In this document: positions 12,094-26,404 of the stretch, one piece after another
Numbering within the stretch: position 1 is the first letter of the stretch
How the letters are laid out: the number at the start of each line of letters is the position of its first letter
NCBI GenBank assembly: GCA_951406725.2
Contig: OX597815.1
Coordinates: 181,660,001 to 181,724,000, forward strand
DNA: 64,000 bases
Origin: Octopus vulgaris
Taxonomy: Eukaryota
Direction: 5' to 3'
Notes under the pieces: generated by a model
Database searches by the model: none
What the model saw: only the letters and a program-made list of their open reading frames with translations
What the model was told of the DNA's origin: nothing
Made by a program: the position numbers and the translations under genes

Positions 12094-13721
12094 GAACTCG
12101 GTGAAATTCCAAGCAGTTTAAATGCATATGTCTTCCATATCCAAGTAGCTAAAAATTGTTAGCAGAAGGACACCCAGGGGTCATGGCTTAGATGTGGCCC
12201 AGACCCTTTAGAGTGTAAGAAGTTATGGGCCAAAATTCTTGCCAGAGTGGGGTTTCATTTCTGAATACCTTCTGCTGTTCTTGAGAGTTTCTCAAGAGAG
12301 AGTTTCACTCATATATTTCGAGTTCCCCTTTACTTCTCCCGACCCCAACATTACATGCAGAAGTACTTAATAATAATTTGAATCCATCAAATATATCAAC
12401 TTCTTTACAGTTCTCAGTCATGTCTACAAAGAGCGGGGGAAAAAAATCAATATTACAAATAGCTCGATCCATTATAAATAATTTAAATCATAAATTGTTA
12501 TAAGCAGTTTAATTATAAATGGTTTATTCTTCATTTGTGTAACATTACTCTGCTTTTATGATGATACATAAACTTCATCCCTCAAGAGAAACAGGATTTG
12601 GAATCATTTCAAACTTGAAGGAATATTGTTTTTTTATTATTATTTATTTAACTCTTCATATTTCAAGTTTGTTTTCACTCTTGAGACAGTTCTCGTAATT
12701 GATAGCTCAAAACTATAAATAAAAAAGAATTTTTAATTTTCATTTCGCTCTTGTTAGCATGAAGTTTATGGAATTAAGATGAGAAAGAAAGAAAAATAAC
12801 GATCAAATATTATGTTATATGACTGCAAACTTGATGTATATAATAAAGGTAGAGGAAATTCTGGATGAGTTGCCAAAGGTTATTGCCTGGGCTAATGTTG
12901 TTTGTTAACTGAGTGGAAACAGATTTTTCAACATTATATATTATTTATTTTGTTACTTAATCTGATTAAAGATTGTTACTATTTTCCTAATGTTTCCATT
13001 GAAGCAAGTGCTATACAAGAGTTTTAGGAGAATATAAAGTGTAATAGATGAAATATTAATAGAACGGATTTCATAAGATTAGTTTGAAATCAAGATGTAG
13101 TATTACTGTAAAGAAAGTTGTCTTAGGTATTAAAACAAACGTTATGATGCTTGATTCAACAGATATTAAAAAAAAAAACTTTTTATAAATATACCATACC
13201 TATAATCATTTTTTGGTTTTTCACTGTTTTACTTTTCTATTCAAAGCAGAACATAATTTAAGTCTGAACACCAAGAGACCTGGCATTTTAAGAATATGCA
13301 TTTGCATCTCCACTCCAGAATCAACAGGTGTCAACAAGAAATATTCCAAATGTGAGTGTAGTCTTTCCATCTTTTATGTATTTGCTTTATATTGCTTTGT
13401 ATTAAAAGATACACATACAAATATATACATACATATGTATCGAAACATTTGTAGTGATTAAAAAGCTGCCTAACCATACTTACTCTTCCTTTTGACTCTT
13501 TTACTTTTTATTTTATATACATACACATATGCATATATGTATATATATATGTGTGTGTATATATACACACACACATATTTATATATAGATATATATATAT
13601 ATATACATGTAAATAAATATGTATAAATATATGTAATGCATACATACATACATATATCTTTATACATCTATCTATCTATCTCACTCTCCCCCCCTCTCTC
13701 TCTCTATCTATCTCTATATAT

Positions 13722-14700
13722 GTACTCAGCTTGTGTTCTATGCACATGATGCTAAGTGCAAGCAGTTCTTGAAGCAGGTTTGCTCCGAGTTCCTTTCCAT
13801 TTTCTTTAGATGTAAAAATAGCCCATCTTCTGGGCAGTTTGTTAAAATAGGACATAACAAATAGTTGAATGCTACATCTGGGAAAACTTCCACATCAGGA
13901 AAATCATAATGGGCATTCTCTTGTTCATAATTTCATATTTATCTTTGAGGCAAATTTGTTCCTTTTATGAATAGTTTTTTTTACTTGACATAATTATCCA
14001 GGAAATGAAATTCTGAATGAAATTGCCTGATTTCACTCGTAAGGTTAATTTCAATAGTTTTTGAATATTCTTTGATCAAAGTATTGATTTTTCCAGGTAG
14101 CAATATCTCTAAAGTTTTAAATCAACCAAAAACGCAAAGAATTCCTGGCAGCCAAGTTGTTTTAAGTGGATGGAAAGAAATGGATTAAACTCAGCAATTA
14201 AGGTCAAGGCAGTTGTTATTATTTTCTGATCTAAAAGTTTCATAGCTTCCCTTAAAAGCTAAGTGACATTCTGCTAATGCGCATGTCACTGCAGCAATAG
14301 ACTCAAATACTGGCCTCCATTATAAATATTTTTTTAATTTGCTCTGATACAATTGAATTTATGATTGAAGTATAATTTCATGTCAAGTATATCAGCAAAA
14401 TTTCTTTTATGCTCTGCAGAGTTTCCAAGATCTTAAATTGTAAAAGTGGTTTGGTAGCTAAATAGAAACCCAGCAAAAGCCAGTGCTACAGGTAATGTTG
14501 CAAACAATATGCAAAGAAATCAGTCGACATGGTCAATTGCTGAACAGCCTACCTCAAGTCATTCCTCATTGCATCTTTCACTATTAAATTTCCACCATTA
14601 AAATAAATATTTCTCAAAGACCCTTTGAACAACATCTGTCTTGATTTTTGAATGACCACTTAGAGATTTCAAATGTGTTGTTTCTGTTTTCATATTCTGT
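13722..14700 (-). pseudogene. Highly degenerate hAT-like transposase remnant
   Basis: Minus strand gives FPDV..ILTNCPE..LQE..LSIMCIEHKL across frameshifts, resembling the hAT C-terminal dimerisation motif; right boundary uncertain. Confidence 0.45.
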
Positions 14701-15654
14701 AAGATCGTTATGAAGCCAGTGGGTGAAGACATGTGGTTAAGTGGTCAAGGTATTTGGCTTACGATCATCAGGTCACGAGTTCAATTCTCGGACGGGCATT
14801 GATATATACACACACACACACACATACAAAGATAAATTGATAGATACAACTGAGTGGGCAAACAAAAATATGAGACACAGCCTAGTGCTTTTCTTTATGT
14901 TGATAAGCCTGGTACTTATTCTATTAGTTTCTTCTTGTGAAACCATTAAGTTATGGGGATGTAAATAAATGAACAGCAAGACAGTTTATTATACAATGTG
15001 TAAGTCCACTCAACTGGCAAAAATGAGTGGTATCTGAAATACAAAGGGGCCAGCCTTGTCGCATTTTGAGTCACACTGAATCTCCTTGAGAACTATGTTA
15101 AGATTACGCATATCAGTAGAGTGGTCAGCGATTTGGACATTAATTCCATGAACAGGCTGTTCGGTAGAGTGAATCGACTGGAACACTCAATGCTGTAACC
15201 GACAGAATTCCAATGTCAGTCACAAAGGTGTGCAAGGAGTGTAAGATATTTGGTTTCTGCAATGAATCATTGAGCCGTGTGGAAAGTAAAAATTTATCTA
15301 TGAGCAGCCACCATCTTTCAGAGTAAAGACTGAAGCTTGGATTGCAGAGAAATTACAAATCATATAAGATCACAAGAGCTTGTATATTCACTTATTAATT
15401 TATGGTGTTATGCACTTCTCAAGATTTTCTTTAATTCTGATTGATGAAGCACTTCTGATGCAACCAATTACGGACTTGGATTGCATTGAGAATTATTAAA
15501 AAACAAAACACTGAAGTGTTTCGTTCAATACTTTTTGCACAGAAGAGAAAGAAAACTGCTTTTTCATTCAGATAGGAAGAATGAGAGTGCGAGAAGGAGA
15601 AAAAAAGTGGGATGGAGCAGATCTCCTCATGGACAAGCATTTCCAAAGTGGTCT

Positions 15655-16170
15655 TGAGATATCAGTTCTCTGTGATGGATGGGTCTTCTTGTGAACAACA
15701 AGGAGCCACATATCTCAGTTCTTCATAAGGCTCAGTGTCGTGAAATACACTTTCAATACTTTGTTTCATGTCTTCCTGGGTTTCCCTCTTCAACAGGTCC
15801 CATCCATTCTAAGTGATTTGCCCTTATTTATGCAACTGCCTTCATCCCTCTGCATCACATGACTAAATCAGTACAGTCTTCTTCTCTCTTGCATGTTGAA
15901 GCTAATTCCTCACGTTCTTAACTTCTCTCTCAATACATTAGAACTGTCACACTTGTACACTGGCATTGCACATCTAGCAAAACATACCAGCTTAATTCCT
16001 CTCCAGTCTTTGCATGACCTCTGTTTTCTGGGCCCATACCTCACTACCATCTAGCATTGCTGCTTGTGAACATGCATCACACAATCTTCCCTTTACTCAG
16101 AATGAGAAACCTTTGGTTGCCAACAGAGGTTAAAGATCTTAAAAAAGCTCTGAATTTTCTCCGTATTTCT
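15655..16170 (-). pseudogene. Old RTE RT C-terminal remnant
   Basis: Similar to 58377-58836 (GTCTTCCTGGGTTTCCCTCTT = RG.PRKT motif). Confidence 0.55.
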
Positions 16171-16208
16171 GCATTTGTGCATATTTATGTGACATTTAAT
16201 TTAAAATA

Positions 16209-16736
16209 CCGTAAATCCTCGAGTATAATCCACCCTTGAGTATAATACACAAGGGATTTTTACGGGGCTGTACCTCTGTAAAAACCTAAACCTTGTATAT
16301 AATATGCACCCCCTTCTCTAACTTGAGTTGTGCGTAATTAAGCCAGCAGCACCTAGTCAGACAAACACTTCCGCACTTGCATAATACAATAATGGTGATG
16401 TTCTTAACTGTTATATGGGAATGTAAATATGTTTGCAAATTGTTTTTGTTACATGTTATTCTGTGTTCTGAATACTTTTATATTTTAATAAATGTTGCTT
16501 ACTGCAAGTTATGGATGATTCTTTTATGACTTCATTGCTTTCAGGCTTAGCTTAAGGAAATTTCACACCCAACATCACAAAATGCATCTGAATAAACATT
16601 GCCAGACAGCAAATAGAGACTCAGACATTGCTTAGAAAATATTTTTCATTTTTAACCACGTATATAGTACGCACTTGGGATTTTGACCGTTAAATTTTGG
16701 TAAAAAAAAATGTGGATTATACTCGAGGATTCACGG
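16209..16736. mobile_element. Tc1/mariner (pogo/Tc2-like) MITE
   Basis: TIRs CCGTAAATCCTCGAGTATAATCC / GGATTATACTCGAGGATTCACGG, TA on both flanks. Confidence 0.85.
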
Positions 16737-17374
16737 TATATATTTATACAGTGTAGCTGCTGATCAGTTTAAGATTGCATTATCAATCTGCTAGACTTAG
16801 TTTCTCTGTCAACTCAATTAAACAACTTTGTACTCCATCATTCTCATGCCATTAACATATTTACACTTCTAGCTATCACTGTCTCTTACCTAGGACCCTG
16901 CCGTCTCTCTCTCTTTCTCATTGCACTAATGATAGTACATCACAAATGTATCCAATCATCATTCCTCTAGCACTGTCTCTTCATCATTAACACCATCAAC
17001 CCAGTGACTCTTTTGCCTCTGTCATATCCTCAACAAAAACAAGACTAAAGGCTCCTCTCTATAACTTGTGAGAATTATTTCAGCTATGTATGAGATCTCT
17101 TTCAACAACATTAAGACTAGCAATAAGGCATTTAGTGTGCAGCTAGATATCATAAAGCTACTAATCATTACAGTTACTGAAGCCCATATGTGGGTACTTT
17201 CTAAATACCAAAGACATGCTTTTTATTGCAAAATATGTCAAGGAATTCTAAAACATTAAAACTTAGAAAATAGCCGAGAGTTCAAATCACTGTAGGTCAG
17301 TTTCTCAGATGCTATATTGCTAAGTTAGAGAGAGAGAGAGAGAGAGAGAGCAGAAAACTATCATGCTTTTCTCG

Positions 17375-17920
17375 TCATCATCATCATCGTTTAACATCCG
17401 TTTTCCATGTTGGCATGGGTTGGATGGTTCATCTGGGAAGCCAGGAGGCTGCACCAGGTCCCAATCTGATCTGGCAGTGTTTCTACAGCTGGATACCCTT
17501 CCTAATGCCAACCACTCCGAGAGTGCAGTGGGTGCTTTTTACGTGCCACCAGCACAGGTGCCAGAGGAGCTGGCATTGACTATGGTCGGATGGTGCTTTT
17601 TACGTGCCACTGGCATGGAAGCCAGTCACAGCAGCACTGGCATCAACCACGATTGGATGGTGCTTTTTACCTGCTACTGGCACAGGGCTCACAACTATAA
17701 TTTCCATTTGATTTGATTTTGAGATTGATGTTGATATTGATGTACTTGAGTCAATAGGTCTCCTCAAGCATGGCATGTCACCCTACGATCCAAGGTACTT
17801 CTGAGTTGGCTGATTATGCGACACTGGTGTAGGTTACAGCTGTGGACTCACTTTATTTGCCGGGTCTTCTCAGTCACACCATATCTCGAGAGGTCTCGGC
17901 CTTTTGTCATTGCCTCTATG
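17375..17920 (-). mobile_element. RTE LINE 3' UTR
   Basis: (CAT)n tail and consensus extending to the end of the RT ORF. Confidence 0.8.
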
Positions 17921-18505
17921 TAAGAAAGTGCTAGGTTTAAAACACAATATTGTAAATAAGTACAAATATTGACAAAAATTTCTATACTTTAATCTGATTA
18001 TATATATCACTATATATATAAAAGAAGCACAAGAGCAATTAGCAGCAGACTAACCAATTTAAAGGGTTGTAGTTTTCTTATGCAAGTTGCTTAGAATCAG
18101 TATAGTCCTTCTGCTTGAGCTAGAGGTGGCTTTAGCCAAAGTGTAGTAACTACTGAAAGAATTCTGTAATAGATTTTCAGTTGAGTTGGTGAAAATTTTA
18201 ATGAAATGCAGTAAGAGTCTGATAAATCATAGACTGGACATAGATAAATGAAGATTGGGACACAGAATGTACAACATCGTGAACTTGCATAAATGACAAA
18301 ACATAATTACTTGCTCTCAGAGAGAGCAACTTGACCTGTAATGAAAGATACGAAAAAGATATTCATGCTTTAATGATACAGGGCAAAACAAAACCAATTA
18401 ATTTTGTGGAGAAAAACAGCAAAAAAAGAGATACTTTGTGTGCCAGATAAGGAAAAACAGAAGGTAAGCTCTTTTATGAATTAGCTAAATCTAATATATA
18501 AAATA

Positions 18506-18558
<53 letters not shown>

Positions 18559-18671
18559 TACATATATACATCATCATCATCATCCTGTAGAAGCTCCTTC
18601 TATATAATAAATTAATTTACTCTGCATGTATTGAGTACCTTACTTACTGTGGTTAACCCGAATCAACGGAT

Positions 18672-19250
18672 CATCATTGTTTAACGTCCACTCTCCATGC
18701 TGGTATGGGTTGGATAGTTTGACTGAGGACTGGCAAGTCAGGAGGCTGCAACAGGCTCCAGTCTGATCTGGTAAGGTTTCTACAGCTGGATGCCCTTCTT
18801 AACACCAACCTCTCTGAGAGTGTAGTGGGTGCTTTTTATGCGCCACTGGCATGGGGGCCAGTCAAGTGGTACTGGTGCTGACCATTCTCAAATGGTGCTT
18901 TTTACATGCCACCAGTATGGGAGCCAGTGAGGCAGCACTGGCATCGACCATGCTTGTGGCTCGTGCAGTTCTTTTTACATGCTACCAGCTTAGGAGCAAT
19001 TCCAGTGGGACTGGCTTCGACCACACTTGAATGGTGGTTTTTACGTGTCACCAGCACAGGTGCCAGTCTGACGATACTGGCATCAGTGACAACAATGTTT
19101 TCACTTGACTCAACAGATCTTCTCAAGCACATTATATTGCCTAATAATTGAAGGGTACTCCTAAATGGGCTGTTTATGTGATACTGGCATAGGCCACTGT
19201 TACAGTCTCACTTGACTTGCCTGGTCTTCTCATGTACAGCATATCTCCAT
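18672..19250 (-). mobile_element. RTE LINE 3' UTR
   Basis: Family consensus. Confidence 0.75.
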
Positions 19251-19287
19251 ATATATATATATATTATTTTATATATATACATTATTG

Positions 19288-19325
<38 letters not shown>

Positions 19326-19337
19326 AATATTTAACTT

Positions 19338-19491
19338 GCATTATTTACATTTGACGGATATTTGTCCTTATCTTGTTTGTTGTTAACACAGCGTTTCACC
19401 TGATATACCCTCTAGCCTTCATCAGGTGTCTTGGGGAAATTTTGAACTTGGGTTCTCATTCCTAAGGTATTTTTCGATGTTATTATTATTA

Positions 19492-19551
<60 letters not shown>

Positions 19552-19744
19552 TCACTGCCTGGAATCGAACTCTAATTCTTCGGGTTAGTCGCCCGTGCTC
19601 TTAACTACTACACCATATGCCGTGGGCTGGAGGGTATATCAGCCAAAATGTTGTGTTAACAACAAACAAAATCAGGACAAATATCCGTCAAATGTAAATA
19701 ATGTAAATAATGTACATAATTCCTCATCTCTGAAATATAGAACT
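19338..19744. mobile_element. tRNA-(AAT)n-hammerhead PLE family: full minus copy plus inverted plus fragment
   Basis: 14-bp direct repeat GGAATATTTAACTT on both flanks (19324-19337, 19745-19758). Confidence 0.85.
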
Positions 19745-19937
19745 GGAATATTTAACTTAGAAGTTTAAATACCTGACAATATCAAACCTATATTGAAATT
19801 TACTCTGGTGGAATTACAAGCACTAATTACGTCACCTGTAAAACATTGTGATAGACTTTATGGTATACTAAGAGAAGCTGTAATGCCATAACCAGTCTGA
19901 ACTGCTCAGATCTGAACTGAAATGATACCATCGAAAT

Positions 19938-20177
19938 TAAAAAGCACCATCCGAGTGTGGCCGTTCGCCAGCCTCGTCTGGCACCTGTGTCGGTGGCACG
20001 TAAAAAGCACCCACTACACTCATGGAGTGGTTGGTGTTAGGGAGGGCAGCCAGCTGTAGAAACACTGCCAGATCTGACTGGCCTGGTGCAGCCTTCAGGC
20101 TTCCCAGACCCCAGTTGAACCGTCCAACCCATGCTAGCATGGAAAGCGGACGTTAAACGATGATGATGATGATGATG
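19938..20177 (+). mobile_element. RTE LINE 3' end
   Basis: Ends GGAAAGCGGACGTTAAAC(GAT)n. Confidence 0.8.
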
Positions 20178-20919
20178 GTGAACGTTCTATGACACTGAAC
20201 CTTGTTAATTCATGTTTCTTGATGAACACGCGTAGTAAAAAGTGAACAAAATAAGGTACTTTAGCAAAGTTGCAGAATTGATAGAATTTTCAGACTTGAT
20301 TATATCAATATCATTTGTTTATTTAATCAAGGAGACAATTATTTAATATCTGACTTGTAAGTGAGCTGGCATGCTTTCTTCATTAAGAGCAATGGTGCTG
20401 GCATAAAGTGAACAGGCAAAGCAAAAAAAAAAACCTCAAATTTGATAATCCAAGTGGTTTTGAACGTAGCTACAAAAATATTATGTAGAACAAAGTTATG
20501 ATTCATGACAAAACGTTTTGGTTTGTGTCAGATCACTAATCAACATTTACTGCATATCTGAAGAAAAAAAGCAAACGAACAACTTTCAACAAGGAAAGAA
20601 CTGCATAATTTGACAGGTTGTTATCAATCATCTATTGTGATTCAAAGAATGGAAACAATTCAGAGAAATATTTGAAAATAAGCTTAGTTATTGACCATCT
20701 CTCTCTTGGACACATGCAACACACATACATATTTACATATGCTCATATATATATGGCATTTGTATAAGCTTAAAGCTTATAGAGATCACTGTGCAATGAC
20801 TAAGGAAAATAGTCTAATAATGGGACATATAAGCCCTCGACAGTAAAAAGTATGAATACATATACGAAAGGTATAACATTCACACACATACTTATATACT
20901 CATACACACACATTCACAT

Positions 20920-20992
20920 GTGTATGTGTATGTATATATATATGTATGTATGTATGTATGTATATATATATTTATATATATGCATTCATGTG

Positions 20993-21072
<80 letters not shown>

Positions 21073-21075
21073 TTC
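20920..21075. repeat. (TA)n/(TATG)n microsatellite
   Basis: Directly visible. Confidence 0.95.
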
Positions 21076-21150
21076 AAAATGTGACCATGTGTGTACCGTT
21101 GGCGATTTTTTTCCTCCATCTTCCTTTCTCTGGATCTTTCCTTTTCCTAT

Positions 21151-21185
21151 GTTTCTGACGAAGAGCTCCGCTCGAAACGTAAAAC
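21151..21185 (+). ncRNA. Minimal type I hammerhead ribozyme (PLE-type)
   Basis: GTTT-CTGACGA-A-GAGC(TCC)GCTC-GAAAC-GTA-AAAC: intact core, stems I and II pair, palindromic ACGT stem III. Confidence 0.85.
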
Positions 21186-21304
21186 CCTCCTTCTTCCCTT
21201 CCTTCCTAAGTGTCCAATAATACTATATTTGTTCCACGTCCTCGCGTTGTTGTGTTTTCTCTTTGTGTTTTCATGTTTGGATTAACTATATATATATATA
21301 TAAC

Positions 21305-21393
21305 TAGATAGATAGAGTGATAGGTAGGTAGGTAGGTAGGTAAGGTAGGTAGGTAGATAGATAGATAGGTAGGTAGGTAGGTAGGTAGGTAGG

Positions 21394-21465
<72 letters not shown>
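21305..21465. repeat. (GGTA)n/(GATA)n/(CATA)n compound microsatellite
   Basis: Directly visible. Confidence 0.95.
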
Positions 21466-21817
21466 CCTACCCAAACACATAAATATATTTTTTTATTAAT
21501 ATTTAGCAAGAAGCAACAGTGACTCAAGGGCCAAAAGTTTCATGTGTTGGCACTTATCAACCTAAATATATGTATATAGGACAACAAACATTAATGCAAG
21601 GCAAACATATCAAGTTGTATACAATATTATTATTACTGAAAAAATTCAGTCTTGCAGCTGTTTCTGGGATATCCCCAAGTATGGGATATTCCATCATCAG
21701 AGACAAGCAGGGGAAAATAGGAAAAATTAGAATGGTATATATTAATGAGATGATGATATAAAGGAAGGGAGTAAAAAATAAGATGGAAAGAAAGAAGAAA
21801 AAAGAAGCATAAAATTG

Positions 21818-22330
21818 TCAAGGCGATGCTGGCATCAGCCATGTTCGGATGGTGCTTTTTACGTGCCACCAGCACGGGTATCACAACTACAATTTCCATA
21901 TTTTGATGTTGATGTACTTGACTCTATAGGTATCCTCAAGCACAGCAGGTCGCCCTATGATCCAAGGTAAGCAGAGCAAGCCGTCCTGTGATCAAAGGTA
22001 CTTTGAATGGGTTGGGGCTGGTTATGTGAAGCTAGTGCAGGAAACAGCCATGAACTCACTTTATTTGTTAGGTCTTCGCAGTCACAGCATATCTCCAGAG
22101 ATCTTGGTCTTTTGTCATTGCCTCTGTGAGGCCCAACGTATAATGGTCATGCTTCACCACCTCACCACGTCTTCTTGGGTCTACCTCTACCCCGGATACT
22201 TTCAACTGTTTGAGAGTGGCACTTCTTCACATATCTCTCCTCATCCATCCATAGTATATGACTATACCAATGCAAACGTCTCTCCTCCATGCCACATCTG
22301 ATGCTTCTTATGTCCAGCATTTCTCTCAGG
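21818..22330 (-). pseudogene. RTE RT C-terminus plus partial 3' UTR
   Basis: ORF 22162-22362 ..EERRLHWYSHILWMDEERYVKK..RGRGRPKKTW. Confidence 0.85.
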
Positions 22331-23394
22331 GCACTCACTAGTCTTGCATATTGTTGAAACAAGTTGATTTGCTAAGTTGGCAAATTTAGAGGAACAAATG
22401 TTCCAGAAATGATAGAAGAGACTGAGAGGTGATACTTATTGAAAAACATGTCATTGATGAATAGCAGACTATATATTACCATTCTCGGTGGATGACTTTT
22501 TTTCTGAACACATTCTATATTGCATCTGTAAATAAAAGATGCAAAATGAATGTCTTGATTGAGGGAATTCACTTAAGAAATGTACAATAGGTTCAGATAT
22601 GTTCCAGAGTTGGTGTGTTTTCTGGGTCTGATAAGGAAAAACCATGCTTTGTTACACAATTAATAAAGCTTGAAAAATGAGATATGTTTCTATACTGTGG
22701 GGAATAGTAGGTGCTGACATTTTGGGCAGGGCCTTTCTTGAAAGAAATATAACTATTATTTGTTTCCTCAGATTTGGAATTTTGTTTTCTTTGTCTTTGT
22801 AAACCAATGTTTGTTACATGGAATTGTTATGTAATCTTATCTGTGATCATTCCAAAATATCAAGAGAAATTTCCATTTTCTTCGCAAGTGAGTAAATTTA
22901 GGTTTTTTATGCACACAGACAAAATTGGAGAGCTAGGGGTTAAAACAAAGAAAGTGAAAAAATAAAATATTAAGATCTCATTCTGTTATTAATGTTTGCA
23001 AACATTCTAAGATATCATCATAGTAAGGCTGATGAAGCCAGCAGTGGTGGTGGTGGTGATGGTGAGGAATGCATGTATGTTGATAAACATCTAGATAAAG
23101 TAGCAAAGAAAATTTATGTATGAACCGAAAACATGTATTAATTTATCAACAGATAAATGTAACAGATATTTATTTTCAGTTGAAATCAATGAGTTTTTTT
23201 CACTCTACTCAAGATTCTAGACACCACCTTGCCAATATCAATAAACAAAGTTAATAAAAAATTAAACAAACCAAGTAATTTGATATCCAAATATGTCAGA
23301 AAATTAATATGATATATTCATGAAACGGTTGTATTGTTTATATAAAAATAATATATAACGCAATATTGTATATAGTATACTCACACGCACACCT

Positions 23395-23395
23395 A

Positions 23396-23450
<55 letters not shown>

Positions 23451-23557
23451 GTATATATATGTATGTATATATATATATGTATATATATGTATATATATGT
23501 ATGTATATATGTATATATATATATGTATGTATGTATATATATATATGTATGTATATG

Positions 23558-23646
<89 letters not shown>

Positions 23647-23652
23647 GTATAT
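23395..23652. repeat. Long (TA)n/(TATG)n microsatellite
   Basis: Directly visible. Confidence 0.95.
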
Positions 23653-24151
23653 TCATACACACACATGCGCGCGCATTCCAAGTTTCTTCAGCCTATAAAA
23701 AAAAGCATTTGCTTGGAAGTGTTGCCAACTTCTTATCATAGATTTTTGTCAGACCAGAGCTCTTCTTTACACCTATAAAAATAGTCTTCTGTAAAGTAAA
23801 TTCTATCAAAGTTTAGTTTTGGTTCTTTCATAAATTTTTATTTAAGTTCCCTTTTAGACGTGATAAACATACATCAAACTTAAAAAAAGAAATAATAAAT
23901 AAAAACAGGAAAGGAAAGGAAAAAGCAAAATACAGCTGACATTCTAAATATAAATCTGCTTCATTTGGGGAAAAATATAGACATATATTTGAGCTCTGTT
24001 ACCACCATAAATATTTATCTATTAATATTCATTCTATAATAGTCTTCATGTGTATTTTGCTATTGAGACTTTAGTTAATGTACTATCTATACTTTGGACA
24101 GCTTATATGTTTTAAGTACGACATAAAGGTTTCAATACTTAGGTGACAGGA

Positions 24152-24365
24152 AGGTGGCAAGCTAGCAGAAATGTCAGCACGCCAGGCAAAATGCTTAGTG
24201 GTAGTTTGTCTGCTGCTAAGTTCTGAGTTCAAATTCCACTGAGGTTGACTTTGCCTTTCATCCTTTCGGGGTCAATAAATTAAGTACCAGTTATGCACTG
24301 GGGTCAATCTAATCGACCAGTCCCCTCCCCCAAAATTTCAGGCCTTGTGCCTAGAGTAGAAAAGA
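24152..24365 (+). mobile_element. Meta-domain-type SINE
   Basis: GTTCAAATTCC..GACTTTGCCTTTCATCCTTTCGGGGTCAATAAATTAAGTACCAG. Confidence 0.8.
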
Positions 24366-24375
24366 TTATTATTAT

Positions 24376-24787
24376 TCTTTTACTCTTTTTTTTTTTTTAC
24401 TTGTTTCAGTCATTTGACTGCGGCCATGCTGGAGCACCGCCTTTAGTCGAGCAAATCGACCCCGGGACTTATTCTTTGTAAGCCCAGTATTTATTCTATC
24501 GGTCTCTTTTGCCGAACCACTAAGTGACGGGGACGCAAACACACTAGCATCGGTTGTCAAGCAATGCTAGGTGGACAAACACAGACACACAAACATATAT
24601 ACACACATACATATATATATACATATATACGACAGGCTTCTTTCAGTTTCTGTCTACCGAATCCACTCTCAAGGCATTGGTCAGCCCGGGGCTATAGCGG
24701 AAGACACTTGTTCAAGATGCCATGCAGTGGTACTGAACTCGGAACCATGTGGTTGGTAAGCAAGCTACTTACCACACAGCCACTCCT
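24376..24787 (-). mobile_element. CORE-type tRNA SINE
   Basis: Full reverse-complement family consensus. Confidence 0.85.
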
Positions 24788-24812
24788 ATTATTATTATTA
24801 TCATCATATCCT

Positions 24813-25780
24813 AAGGCGGCGAGCTAGCAGAAACATTAGTATGCCGGGCGAAATGCTTAGCGATATTTCGTCTGTCTTTACGTTCTGAGTTCAAATTTCA
24901 CCAAGGTCGACTTTGCCTTTCATCCTTTCAGGGGTTGATAAATTAAGTACCAGTTACGTACTGGGATCGATCTAGTCAACTGGCCCCTTCCCCAAAAATT
25001 TCAGGCCTCGTGCCTAGAATAGAAAAGATTATATCTTTTCTATCTGTTGCTCCAGTCCAGTCAGCTGGCAAAAATGAGTAATCCTGTGACAGAACAGCGT
25101 CCCATCCAGTGGGGGAAATATATTTGCCATGAAAACCAGGAAACTGGCCCTTAAGGGTCTGTATGATGCTAGAAGTAAACATTGAGGCAGCGAGCTGGCA
25201 GAAATGTTAGCATGCCAGGCGAAATGCTTAGCGATATTTTGTCTGTCTTTACGTTCTGAGTTCAAATTTCACCAAGGTCGACTTTGCTTTTCATCCTTTC
25301 AGGGGTCGATAAATTAAGTACCAGTTGCATACTGGGGTCGATCTAATCAACTGGCCCCTTCCCCCAAAATTTCGCACTTTGTGCCTAGAATAGGAAAGAT
25401 TATATCCTTTCTATCCGTTGCTCCAGTTCAGTCAGCTGGCAAAAACAAGCAATCCAGCAATGGACCGACCGGCATCCCGTCCCGATGGGGAATATATATG
25501 CCATGGAAACAAAGAAACCGGCCCTTAAGGGTCTGTATGATGCAAGAAGTAAACTTTACGGCAGTGAGCTAGCAGAAATGTTGGCACGCAGGGCAAAATG
25601 CTTAGCAGTATTTCATCTGTCTTTTCATTCTGAGTTCAAATTCCGCCAAGGCCGACTTTGCCTTTCATCCTTTCGGGGGTGGGGGGGCATAGATTGAGTA
25701 CATCCTGCGTAGTGGAGTCAATCTAATCTACTGGCCCCTTCCCTCAAAATTTCGTGCCTTGAGCCTCGTGTAGAAAAGAA
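24813..25780 (+). repeat. Tandem array (about 372-bp unit, 2.6 copies) of Meta-type SINE plus the 3' half of another SINE
   Basis: Units start at about 24813, 25185 and 25560; each complete unit ends GTCTGTATGATGC.AGAAGTAAAC. Confidence 0.8.
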
Positions 25781-25964
25781 TATTTAGTTGACTGGAATCA
25801 TCATCAGTTTTAGAGATTTTTCTGATAAACTACATTCCAGATACATTTTAATTTATGTTTACACTTTCTTTAAGTCTCACTCTCTCTTATTTACTATCTC
25901 TCTCTCTCTCCCTCCACATATACTCATGACACACACATGTATATATCTTATATCTTTTTTATCC

Positions 25965-26168
25965 TTTATCGTTTGATTGTCTCAGTCATTAGACTGCAGC
26001 CTCACTTGAGCACCACCTCGAAGGGTTTTTAACTGAATGAATCGATCCCTAGGTCTTATTTTTTTCTTTTAAGCTGAGTACTTTTTCCATTGGTCTTGTG
26101 CTGCTAACTTACAGGGACATAAACATTCCAACACTGGTTGTCAAACAGTGGTAAAGGATAGACAGAGG

Positions 26169-26233
<65 letters not shown>

Positions 26234-26388
26234 ACACACATATATCAGGCTTCTTTTCAGTTTCTTTTCTTTTCAGGCTTTGGTCGGCCTGAGGTTATAG
26301 CAGAAGACACTTGCCGAAGGGCAACTTGCTGAAGGGCCACGCAGTGGGATTGAAGCTAGTACCATGTGGAAAGGAAGCAAACTTTTTA
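25965..26388 (-). mobile_element. Older CORE-type SINE with (CA)n
   Basis: Family consensus, diverged. Confidence 0.65.
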
Positions 26389-26404
26389 CTATACTATTAT
26401 CATT

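Noticed and set aside
20852-23778. Long YI/IY-rich ORFs
   Set aside because: Translations of (TA)n microsatellites.
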